Assembly: GCA_964016885.1 (NCBI GenBank)
Contig: CAXHJY010001603.1
Coordinates: forward strand, 89,932-153,931
DNA: 64,000 bases
Source of the DNA: Eledone cirrhosa
Taxonomy: Eukaryota
Direction of reading: 5' to 3'
Shown: in pieces, positions 42,581-55,400 of the stretch
How positions within the stretch are numbered: the stretch's first letter is position 1
Layout: each line of letters starts with the position of its first letter
The notes under the pieces: generated by a model
What the model was told of the DNA's origin: nothing
Databases searched by the model: none
What the model saw: the letters and a program-made list of their open reading frames with translations, nothing else
Translations under genes and position numbers: made by a program

Positions 42581-45500
42581 CCAAAAATGTCGATTTGCCG
42601 GCGGAGTTACCTTTTCAATCGCGGGCCGGCCGCCCGTGTCCGGATCGATCTGTAATTACTGGGACATGTGCAGACACTCATTGGCTATGTGTGGCGTGAA
42701 TTTCAGCAAGATACCTCCGTAAAATCAATAGTTGTGGTTGTGGAACCAAACCGTGTTAAACGTCAACAAAGTCCGCCGGCGAATGGTGTGCTTCGAAGAA
42801 AACGAATCCAAAAATGACGATTAGCCGGCGGATTTACCTTTTCAATCGCGGGCCGGCCGTCCGTGGTCGGATCGATCTGTAATTACTGGTACATGTGCAG
42901 ACACTCATTGGCTATGTGTGGCGTGAATTTCAGCAAGATATCTCCGTAAAATCAATAGTTGTGGCTGTGGAACCAAACCGTGTTAAACGTCAACAAAGTC
43001 CGCCGGCGAATGGTGTGCTTCGAAGAAAACGAATCCAAAAATGTCGATTTGCCGGCGGAGTTACCTTTTCAATCGCGGGCCGGCCGCCCGTGTCCGGATC
43101 GATCTGTAATTACTGGGACATGTGCAGACACTCATTGGCTATGTGTGGCGTGAATTTCAGCAAGATACCTCCGTAAAATCAATAGTTGTGGTTGTGGAAC
43201 CAAACCGTGTTAAACGTCAACAAAGTCCGCCGGCGAATGGTGTGCTTCGAAGAAAACGAATCCAAAAATGACGATTAGCCGGCGGATTTACCTTTTCAAT
43301 CGCGGGCCGGCCGTCCGTGGTCGGATCGATCTGTAATTACTGGTACATGTGCAGACACTCATTGGCTATGTGTGGCGTGAATTTCAGCAAGATATCTCCG
43401 TAAAATCAATAGTTGTGGCTGTGGAACCAAACCGTGTTAAACGTCAACAAAGTCCGCCGGCGAATGGTGTGCTTCGAAGAAAACGAATCCAAAAATGACG
43501 ATTAGCCGGCGGATTTACCTTTTCAATCGCGGGCCGGCCGCCCGTGGTCGGATCGATCTGTAATTACTGGTACATGTGCAGACACTCATTGGCTATGTGT
43601 GGCGTGAATTTCAGCAAGATATCTCCGTAAAATCAATAGTTGTGGTTGTGGAACCAAACCGTGTTAAACGTCAACAAAGTCCACCGGCGAATGGTGTGCT
43701 TCGAAGAAAACGAATCCAAAAATGACGATTAGCCGGCGGATTTACCTTTTCAATCGCGGGCCGGCCGTCCGTGGTCGGATCGATCTGTAATTACTGGTAC
43801 ATGTGCAGACACTCATTGGCTATGTGTGGCGTGAATTTCAGCAAGATATCTCCGTAAAATCAATAGTTGTGGCTGTGGAACCAAACCGTGTTAAACGTCA
43901 ACAAAGTCCGCCGGCGAATGGTGTGCTTCGAAGAAAACGAATCCAAAAATGACGATTAGCCGGCGGATTTACCTTTTCAATCGCGGGCCGGCCGCCCGTG
44001 GTCGGATCGATCTGTAATTACTGGTACATGTGCAGACACTCATTGGCTATGTGTGGCGTGAATTTCAGCCAGATATCTCCGTAAAATCAATAGTTGTGGC
44101 TGTGGAACCAAACCGTGTTAAACGTCAACAAAGTCCGCCGGCGAATGGTGTGCTTCGAAGAAAACGAATCCAAAAATGACGATTAGCCGGCGGATTTACC
44201 TTTTCAATCGCGGGCCGGCCGCCCGTGGTCGGATCGATCTGTAATTACTGGTACATGTGCAGACACTCATTGGCTATGTGTGGCGTGAATTTCAGCAAGA
44301 TATCTCCGTAAAATCAATAGTTGTGGCTGTGGAACCAAACCGTGTTAAACGTCAACAAAGTCCGCCGGCGAATGGTGTGCTTCGAAGAAAACGAATCCAA
44401 AAATGTCGATTTGCCGGCGGAGTTACCTTTTCAATCGCGCGCCGGCTGCCCGTGTCCGGATCGATCTGTAATTACTGGTACATGTGCAGACACTCATTGG
44501 CTATGTGTGGCGTGAATTTCAGCCAGATATCTCCGTAAAATCAATATTTGTGGCTGTGGAACCAAACCGTGTTAAACGTCAACAAAGTCCGCCGGCGAAT
44601 GGTGTGCTTCGAAGAAAACGAATCCAAAAATGACGATTAGCCGGCGGATTTACCTTTTCAATCGCGGGCCGACCGCCCGTGGTCGGATCGATCTGTAATT
44701 ACTGGTACATGTGCAGACACTCATTGGCTATGTGTGGCGTGAATTTCAGCAAGATATCTCCGTAAAATCAATAGTTGTGGCTGTGGAACCAAACCGTGTT
44801 AAACGTCAACAAAGTCCGCCGGCGAATGGTGTGCTTCGAAGAAAACGAATCCAAAAATGACGATTAGCCGGCGGATTTACCTTTTCAATCGCGGGCCGGC
44901 CGCCCGTGGTCGGATCGATCTGTAATTACTGGTACATGTGCAGACACTCATTGGCTATGTGTGGCGTGAATTTCAGCAAGATATCTCCGTAAAATCAATA
45001 GTTGTGGTTGTGGAACCAAACCGTGTTAAACGTCAACAAAGTCCGCCGGCGAATGGTGTGCTTCGAAGAAAACGAATCCAAAAATGTCGATTTGCCGGTG
45101 GAGTTACCTTTTCAATCGCGGGCCGGCCGCCCGTGTCCGGATCGATCTGTAATTACTGGTACATGTGCAGACACTCATTGGCTATGTGTGGCGTGAATTT
45201 CAGCAAGATACCTCCGTAAAATCAATAGTTGTGGTTGTGGAACCAAACCGTGTTAAACGTCAAGAAAGTCCGCCGGCGAATGGTGTGCTTCGAAGAAAAC
45301 GAATCCAAAAATGACGATTAGCCGGCGGATTTACCTTTTCAATCGCGGGCCGGCCGCCCGTGGTCGGATCGATCTGTAATTACTGGTACATGTGCAGACA
45401 CTCATTGGCTATGTGTGGCGTGAATTTCAGCAAGATATCTCCGTAAAATCAATAGTTGTGGCTGTGGAACCAAACCGTGTTAAACGTCAACAAAGTCCGC

Positions 45501-48500
45501 CGGCGAATGGTGTGCTTCGAAGAAAACGAATCCAAAAATGTCGATTTGCCGGCGGAGTTACCTTTTCAATCGCGCGCCGGCTGCCCGTGTCCGTATCGAT
45601 CTGTAATTACTGGTACATGTGCAGACACTCATTGGCTATGTGTGGCGTGAATTTCAGCAAGATATCTCCGTAAAATCAATATTTGTGGCTGTGGAACCAA
45701 ACCGTGTTAAACGTCAACAAAGTCCGCCGGCGAATGGTGTGCTTCGAAGAAAACGAATCCAAAAATGACGATTAGCCGGCGGATTTACCTTTTCAATCGC
45801 GGGCCGGCCGCCCATGGTCGGATCGATCTGTAATTACTGGTACAGGTGCAGACACTCATTGGCTATGTGTGGCGTGAATTTCAGCCAGATATCTCCGTAA
45901 AATCAATAGTTGTGGCTGTGGAACCAAACCGTGTTAAACGTCAACAAAGTCCGCCGGCGAATGGTGTGCTTCGAAGAAAACGAATCCAAAAATGACGATT
46001 AGCCGGCGGATTTACCTTTTCAATCGCGGGCCGGCCGCCCGTGGTCGGATCGATCTGTAATTACTGGTACATGTGCAGACACTCATTGGCTATGTGTGGC
46101 GTGAATTTCAGCCAGATATCTCCGTAAAATCAATAGTTGTGGCTGTGGAACCAAACCGTGTTAAACGTCAACAAAGTCCGCCGGCGAATGGTGTGCTTCG
46201 AAGAAAACGAATCCAAAAATGTCGATTTGCCGGCGGAGTTACCTTTTCAATCGCGGGCCGGCCGCCCGTGTCCGGATCGATCTGTAATTACTGGGACATG
46301 TGCAGACACTCATTGGCTATGTGTGGCGTGAATTTCAGCAAGATATCTCCGTAAAATCAATAGTTGTGGCTGTGGAACCAAACCGTGTTAAACGTCAACA
46401 AAGTCCGCCGGCGAATGGTGTGCTTCGAAGAAAACGAATCCAAAAATGTCGATTTGCCGGCGGAGTTACCTTTTCAATCGCGGGCCGGCCGCCCGTGTTC
46501 GGATCGATCTGTAATTACTGGGACATGTGCAGACACTCATTGGCTATGTGTGGCGTGAATTTCAGCAAGATACCTCCGTAAAATCAATAGTTGTGGTTGT
46601 GGAACCAAACCGTGTTAAACGTCAACAAAGTCCGCCGGCGAATGGTGTGCTTCGAAGAAAACGAATCCAAAAATGACGATTAGCCGGCGGATTTACCTTT
46701 TCAATCGCGGGCCGGCCGTCCGTGGTCGGATCGATCTGTAATTACTGGTACATGTGCAGACACTCATTGGCTATGTGTGGCGTGAATTTCAGCAAGATAT
46801 CTCCGTAAAATCAATAGTTGTGGCTGTGGAACCAAACCGTGTTAAACGTCAACAAAGTCCGCCGGCGAATGGTGTGCTTCGAAGAAAACGAATCCAAAAA
46901 TGACGATTAGCCGGCGGATTTACCTTTTCAATCGCGGGCCGGCCGCCCGTGGTCGGATCGATCTGTAATTACTGGTACATGTGCAGACACTCATTGGCTA
47001 TGTGTGGCGTGAATTTCAGCAAGATATCTCCGTAAAATCAATAGTTGTGGTTGTGGAACCAAACCGTGTTAAACGTCAACAAAGTCCGCCGGCGAATGGT
47101 GTGCTTCGAAGAAAACGAATCCAAAAATGACGATTAGCCGGCGGATTTACCTTTTCAATCGCGGGCCGGCCGTCCGTGGTCGGATCGATCTGTAATTACT
47201 GGTACATGTGCAGACACTCATTGGCTATGTGTGGCGTGAATTTCAGCAAGATATCTCCGTAAAATCAATAGTTGTGGCTGTGGAACCAAACCGTGTTAAA
47301 CGTCAACAAAGTCCGCCGGCGAATGGTGTGCTTCGAAGAAAACGAATCCAAAAATGACGATTAGCCGGCGGATTTACCTTTTCAATCGCGGGCCGGCCGC
47401 CCGTGGTCGGATCGATCTGTAATTACTGGTACATGTGCAGACACTCATTGGCTATGTGTGGCGTGAATTTCAGCCAGATATCTCCGTAAAATCAATAGTT
47501 GTGGCTGTGGAACCAAACCGTGTTAAACGTCAACAAAGTCCGCCGGCGAATGGTGTGCTTCGAAGAAAACGAATCCAAAAATGACGATTAGCCGGCGGAT
47601 TTACCTTTTCAATCGCGGGCCGGCCGCCCGTGGTCGGATCGATCTGTAATTACTGGTACATGTGCAGACACTCATTGGCTATGTGTGGCGTGAATTTCAG
47701 CAAGATATCTCCGTAAAATCAATAGTTGTGGCTGTGGAACCAAACCGTGTTAAACGTCAACAAAGTCCGCCGGCGAATGGTGTGCTTCGAAGAAAACGAA
47801 TCCAAAAATGTCGATTTGCCGGCGGAGTTACCTTTTCAATCGCGCGCCGGCTGCCCGTGTCCGGATCGATCTGTAATTACTGGTACATGTGCAGACACTC
47901 ATTGGCTATGTGTGGCGTGAATTTCAGCAAGATATCTCCGTAAAATCAATATTTGTGGCTGTGGAACCAAACCGTGTTAAACGTCAACAAAGTCCGCCGG
48001 CGAATGGTGTGCTTCGAAGAAAACGGATCCAAAAATGACGATTAGCCGGCGGATTTACCTTTTCAATCGCGGGCCGGCCGCCCGTGGTCGGATCGATCTG
48101 TAATTACTGGTACATGTGCAGACACTCATTGGCTATGTGTGGCGTGAATTTCAGCAAGATATCTCCGTAAAATCAATAGTTGTGGCTGTGGAACCAAACC
48201 GTGTTAAACGTCAACAAAGTCCGCCGGCGAATGGTGTGCTTCGAAGAAAACGAATCCAAAAATGACGATTAGCCGGCGGATTTACCTTTTCAATCGCGGG
48301 CCGGCCGCCCGTGGTCGGATCGATCTGTAATTACTGGTACATGTGCAGACACTCATTGGCTATGTGTGGCGTGAATTTCAGCAAGATATCTCCGTAAAAT
48401 CAATAGTTGTGGTTGTGGAACCAAACCGTGTTAAACGTCAACAAAGTCCGCCGGCGAATGGTGTGCTTCGAAGAAAACGAATCCAAAAATGACGATTAGC

Positions 48501-51500
48501 CGGCGGATTTACCTTTTCAATCGCGGGCCGGCCGTCCGTGGTCGGATCGATCTGTAATTACTGGTACATGTGCAGACACTCATTGGCTATGTGTGGCGTG
48601 AATTTCAGCAAGATATCTCCGTAAAATCAATAGTTGTGGCTGTGGAACCAAACCGTGTTAAACGTCAACAAAGTCCGCCGGCGAATGGTGTGCTTCGAAG
48701 AAAACGAATCCAAAAATGACGATTAGCCGGCGGATTTACCTTTTCAATCGCGGGCCGGCCGCCCGTGTCCGGATCGATCTGTAATTACTGGGACATGTGC
48801 AGACACTCATTGGCTATGTGTGGCGTGAATTTCAGCAAGATACCTCCGTAAAATCAATAGTTGTGGTTGTGGGACCAAACCGTGTTAAACGTCAACAAAG
48901 TCCGCCGGCGAATGGTGTGCTTCGAAGAAAACGAATCCAAAAATGACGATTAGCCGGCGGATTTACCTTTTCAATCGCGGGCCGGCCGTCCGTGGTCGGA
49001 TCGATCTGTAATTACTGGTACATGTGCAGACACTCATTGGCTATGTGTGGCGTGAATTTCAGCAAGATATCTCCGTAAAATCAATAGTTGTGGCTGTGGA
49101 ACCAAACCGTGTTAAACGTCAACAAAGTCCGCCGGCGAATGGTGTGCTTCGAAGAAAACGAATCCAAAAATGACGATTAGCCGGCGGATTTACCTTTTCA
49201 ATCGCGGGCCGGCCGCCCGTGGTCGGATCGATCTGTAATTACTGGTACATGTGCAGACACTCATTGGCTATGTGTGGCGTGAATTTCAGCAAGATATCTC
49301 CGTAAAATCAATAGTTGTGGTTGTGGAACCAAACCGTGTTAAACGTCAACAAAGTCCGCCGGCGAATGGTGTGCTTCGAAGAAAACGAATCCAAAAATGA
49401 CGATTAGCCGGCGGATTTACCTTTTCAATCGCGGGCCGGCCGTCCGTGGTCGGATCGATCTGTAATTACTGGTACATGTGCAGACACTCATTGGCTATGT
49501 GTGGCGTGAATTTCAGCAAGATATCTCCGTAAAATCAATAGTTGTGGCTGTGGAACCAAACCGTGTTAAACGTCAACAAAGTCCGCCGGCGAATGGTGTG
49601 CTTCGAAGAAAACGAATCCAAAAATGTCGATTTGCCGGCGGAGTTACCTTTTCAATCGCGCGCCGGCTGCCCGTGTCCGGATCGATCTGTAATTACTGGT
49701 ACATGTGCAGACACTCATTGGCTATGTGTGGCGTGAATTTCAGCAAGATATCTCCGTAAAATCAATATTTGTGGCTGTGGAACCAAACCGTGTTAAACGT
49801 CAACAAAGTCCGCCGGCGAATGGTGTGCTTCGAAGAAAACGAATCCAAAAATGACGATTAGCCGGCGGATTTACCTTTTCAATCGCGGGCCGGCCGCCCA
49901 TGGTCGGATCGATCTGTAATTACTGGTACAGGTGCAGACACTCATTGGCTATGTGTGGCGTGAATTTCAGCCAGATATCTCCGTAAAATCAATAGTTGTG
50001 GCTGTGGAACCAAACCGTGTTAAACGTCAACAAAGTCCGCCGGCGAATGGTGTGCTTCGAAGAAAACGAATCCAAAAATGACGATTAGCCGGCGGATTTA
50101 CCTTTTCAATCGCGGGCCGGCCGCCCGTGGTCGGATCGATCTGTAATTACTGGTACATGTGCAGACACTCATTGGCTATGTGTGGCGTGAATTTCAGCAA
50201 GATATCTCCGTAAAATCAATAGTTGTGGCTGTGGAACCAAACCGTGTTAAACGTCAACAAAGTCCGCCGGCGAATGGTGTGCTTCGAAGAAAACGAATCC
50301 AAAAATGACGATTAGCCGGCGGATTTACCTTTTCAATCGCGGGCCGGCCGCCCGTGGTCGGATCGATCTGTAATTACTGGTACATGTGCAGACACTCATT
50401 GGCTATGTGTGGCGTGAATTTCAGCAAGATATCTCCGTAAAATCAATAGTTGTGGCTGTGGAACCAAACCGTGTTAAACGTCAACAAAGTCCGCCGGCGA
50501 ATGGTGTGCTTCGAAGAAAACGAATCCAAAAATGTCGATTTGCCGGCGGAGTTACCTTTTCAATCGCGGGCCGGCCGCCCGTGTCCGGATCGATCTGTAA
50601 TTACTGGGACATGTGCAGACACTCATTGGCTATGTGTGGCGTGAATTTCAGCAAGATACCTCCGTAAAATCAATAGTTGTGGTTGTGGAACCAAACCGTG
50701 TTAAACGTCAACAAAGTCCGCCGCGAATGGTGTGCTTCGAAGAAAACGAATCCAAAAATGACGATTAGCCGGCGGATTTACCTTTTCAATCGCGGGCCGG
50801 CCGTCCGTGGTCGGATCGATCTGTAATTACTGGTACATGTGCAGACACTCATTGGCTATGTGTGGCGTGAATTTCAGCAAGATATCTCCGTAAAATCAAT
50901 AGTTGTGGCTGTGGAACCAAACCGTGTTAAACGTCAACAAAGTCCGCCGGCGAATGGTGTGCTTCGAAGAAAACGAATCCAAAAATGACGATTAGCCGGC
51001 GGATTTACCTTTTCAATCGCGGGCCGGCCGCCCGTGTCCGGATCGATCTGTAATTACTGGTACATGTGCAGACACTCATTGGCTATGTGTGGCGTGAATT
51101 TCAGCAAGATATCTCCGTAAAATCAATAGTTGTGGCTGTGGAACCAAACCGTGTTAAACGTCAACAAAGTCCGCCGGCGAATGGTGTGCTTCGAAGAAAA
51201 CGAATCCAAAAATGACGATTAGCCGGCGGATTTACCTTTTCAATCGCGGGCCGGCCGCCCGTGGTCGGATCGATCTGTAATTACTGGTACATGTGCAGAC
51301 ACTCATTGGCTATGTGTGGCGTGAATTTCAGCAAGATATCTCCGTAAAATCAATAGTTGTGGCTGTGGAACCAAACCGTGTTAAACGTCAACAAAGTCCG
51401 CCGGCGAATGGTGTGCTTCGAAGAAAACGAATCCAAAAATGTCGATTTGCCGGCGGAGTTACCTTTTCAATCGCGGGCCGGCCGCCCGTCTCCGGATCGA

Positions 51501-52427
51501 TCTGTAATTACTGGGACATGTGCAGACACTCATTGGCTATGTGTGGCGTGAATTTCAGCAAGATACCTCCGTAAAATCAATAGTTGTGGTTGTGGAACCA
51601 AACCGTGTTAAACGTCAACAAAGTCCGCCGGCGAATGGTGTGCTTCGAAGAAAACGAATCCAAAAATGACGATTAGCCGGCGGATTTACCTTTTCAATCG
51701 CGGGCCGGCCGTCCGTGGTCGGATCGATCTGTAATTACTGGTACATGTGCAGACACTCATTGGCTATGTGTGGCGTGAATTTCAGCAAGATATCTCCGTA
51801 AAATCAATAGTTGTGGCTGTGGAACCAAACCGTGTTAAACGTCAACAAAGTCCGCCGGCGAATGGTGTGCTTCGAAGAAAACGAATCCAAAAATGACGAT
51901 TAGCCGGCGGATTTACCTTTTCAATCGCGGGCCGGCCGCCCGTGTCCGGATCGATCTGTAATTACTGGGACATGTGCAGACACTCATTGGCTATGTGTGG
52001 CGTGAATTTCAGCAAGATACCTCCGTAAAATCAATAGTTGTGGTTGTGGGACCAAACCGTGTTAAACGTCAACAAAGTCCGCCGGCGAATGGTGTGCTTC
52101 GAAGAAAACGAATCCAAAAATGACGATTAGCCGGCGGATTTACCTTTTCAATCGCGGGCCGGCCGCCCGTGGTCGGATCGATCTGTAATTACTGGTACAT
52201 GTGCAGACACTCATTGGCTATGTGTGGCGTGAATTTCAGCAAGATACCTCCGTAAAATCAATAGTTGTGGTTGTGGAACCAAACCGTGTTAAACGTCAAC
52301 AAAGTCCGCCGGCGAATGGTGTGCTTCGAAGAAAACGAATCCAAAAATGACGATTAGCCGGCGGATTTACCTTTTCAATCGCGGGCCGGCCGTCCGTGGT
52401 CGGATCGATCTGTAATTACTGGTACAT

Positions 52428-55400
52428 GTGCAGACACTCATTGGCTATGTGTGGCGTGAATTTCAGCAAGATATCTCCGTAAAATCAATAGTTGTGGCTG
52501 TGGAACCAAACCGTGTTAAACGTCAACAAAGTCCGCCGGCGAATGGTGTGCTTCGAAGAAAACGAATCCAAAAATGACGATTAGCCGGCGGATTTACCTT
52601 TTCAATCGCGGGCCGGCCGCCCGTGTCCGGATCGATCTGTAATTACTGGGACATGTGCAGACACTCATTGGCTATGTGTGGCGTGAATTTCAGCAAGATA
52701 CCTCCGTAAAATCAATAGTTGTGGTTGTGGGACCAAACCGTGTTAAACGTCAACAAAGTCCGCCGGCGAATGGTGTGCTTCGAAGAAAACGAATCCAAAA
52801 ATGACGATTAGCCGGCGGATTTACCTTTTCAATCGCGGGCCGGCCGTCCGTGGTCGGATCGATCTGTAATTACTGGTACATGTGCAGACACTCATTGGCT
52901 ATGTGTGGCGTGAATTTCAGCAAGATATCTCCGTAAAATCAATAGTTGTGGCTGTGGAACCAAACCGTGTTAAACGTCAACAAAGTCCGCCGGCGAATGG
53001 TGTGCTTCGAAGAAAACGAATCCAAAAATGTCGATTTGCCGGCGGAGTTACCTTTTCAATCGCGGGCCGGCCGCCCGTGTCCGGATCGATCTGTAATTAC
53101 TGGGACATGTGCAGACACTCATTGGCTATGTGTGGCGTGAATTTCAGCAAGATACCTCCGTAAAATCAATAGTTGTGGTTGTGGAACCAAACCGTGTTAA
53201 ACGTCAACAAAGTCCGCCGGCGAATGGTGTGCTTCGAAGAAAACGAATCCAAAAATGACGATTAGCCGGCGGATTTACCTTTTCAATCGCGGGCCGGCCG
53301 TCCGTGGTCGGATCGATCTGTAATTACTGGTACATGTGCAGACACTCATTGGCTATGTGTGGCGTGAATTTCAGCAAGATATCTCCGTAAAATCAATAGT
53401 TGTGGCTGTGGAACCAAACCGTGTTAAACGTCAACAAAGTCCGCCGGCGAATGGTGTGCTTCGAAGAAAACGAATCCAAAAATGACGATTAGCCGGCGGA
53501 TTTACCTTTTCAATCGCGGGCCGGCCGCCCGTGTCCGGATCGATCTGTAATTACTGGGACATGTGCAGACACTCATTGGCTATGTGTGGCGTGAATTTCA
53601 GCAAGATACCTCCGTAAAATCAATAGTTGTGGTTGTGGGACCAAACCGTGTTAAACGTCAACAAAGTCCGCCGGCGAATGGTGTGCTTCGAAGAAAACGA
53701 ATCCAAAAATGACGATTAGCCGGCGGATTTACCTTTTCAATCGCGGGCCGGCCGTCCGTGGTCGGATCGATCTGTAATTACTGGTACATGTGCAGACACT
53801 CATTGGCTATGTGTGGCGTGAATTTCAGCAAGATATCTCCGTAAAATCAATAGTTGTGGCTGTGGAACCAAACCGTGTTAAACGTCAACAAAGTCCGCCG
53901 GCGAATGGTGTGCTTCGAAGAAAACGAATCCAAAAATGACGATTAGCCGGCGGATTTACCTTTTCAATCGCGGGCCGGCCGCCCGTGGTCGGATCGATCT
54001 GTAATTACTGGTACATGTGCAGACACTCATTGGCTATGTGTGGCGTGAATTTCAGCAAGATATCTCCGTAAAATCAATAGTTGTGGTTGTGGAACCAAAC
54101 CGTGTTAAACGTCAACAAAGTCCGCCGGCGAATGGTGTGCTTCGAAGAAAACGAATCCAAAAATGACGATTAGCCGGCGGATTTACCTTTTCAATCGCGG
54201 GCCGGCCGTCCGTGGTCGGATCGATCTGTAATTACTGGTACATGTGCAGACACTCATTGGCTATGTGTGGCGTGAATTTCAGCAAGATATCTCCGTAAAA
54301 TCAATAGTTGTGGCTGTGGAACCAAACCGTGTTAAACGTCAACAAAGTCCGCCGGCGAATGGTGTGCTTCGAAGAAAACGAATCCAAAAATGACGATTAG
54401 CCGGCGGATTTACCTTTTCAATCGCGGGCCGGCCGCCCGTGGTCGGATCGATCTGTAATTACTGGTACATGTGCAGACACTCATTGGCTATGTGTGGCGT
54501 GAATTTCAGCAAGATATCTCCGTAAAATCAATAGTTGTGGCTGTGGAACCAAACCGTGTTAAACGTCAACAAAGTCCGCCGGCGAATGGTGTGCTTCGAA
54601 GAAAACGAATCCAAAAATGACGATTAGCCGGCGGATTTACCTTTTCAATCGCGGGCCGGCCGTCCGTGGTCGGATCGATCTGTAATTACTGGTACATGTG
54701 CAGACACTCATTGGCTATGTGTGGCGTGAATTTCAGCAAGATATCTCCGTAAAATCAATAGTTGTGGCTGTGGAACCAAACCGTGTTAAACGTCAACAAA
54801 GTCCGCCGGCGAATGGTGTGCTTCGAAGAAAACGAATCCAAAAATGACGATTAGCCGGCGGATTTACCTTTTCAATCGCGGGCCGGCCGCCCGTGGTCGG
54901 ATCGATCTGTAATTACTGGTACATGTGCAGACACTCATTGGCTATGTGTGGCGTGAATTTCAGCCAGATATCTCCGTAAAATCAATAGTTGTGGCTGTGG
55001 AACCAAACCGTGTTAAACGTCAACAAAGTCCGCCGGCGAATGGTGTGCTTCGAAGAAAACGAATCCAAAAATGACGATTAGCCGGCGGATTTACCTTTTC
55101 AATCGCGGGCCGGCCGCCCGTGTCCGGATCGATCTGTAATTACTGGGACATGTGCAGACACTCATTGGCTATGTGTGGCGTGAATTTCAGCAAGATACCT
55201 CCGTAAAATCAATAGTTGTGGTTGTGGGACCAAACCGTGTTAAACGTCAACAAAGTCCGCCGGCGAATGGTGTGCTTCGAAGAAAACGAATCCAAAAATG
55301 ACGATTAGCCGGCGGATTTACCTTTTCAATCGCGGGCCGGCCGTCCGTGGTCGGATCGATCTGTAATTACTGGTACATGTGCAGACACTCATTGGCTATG

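Noticed and set aside
9562-51490. Singleton substitutions (9562, 21244, 23753, 28790, 43683, 44672, 46499, 51490)
   Set aside because: Each is seen once and cannot be distinguished from sequencing or consensus error without reads; useful only as anchors.
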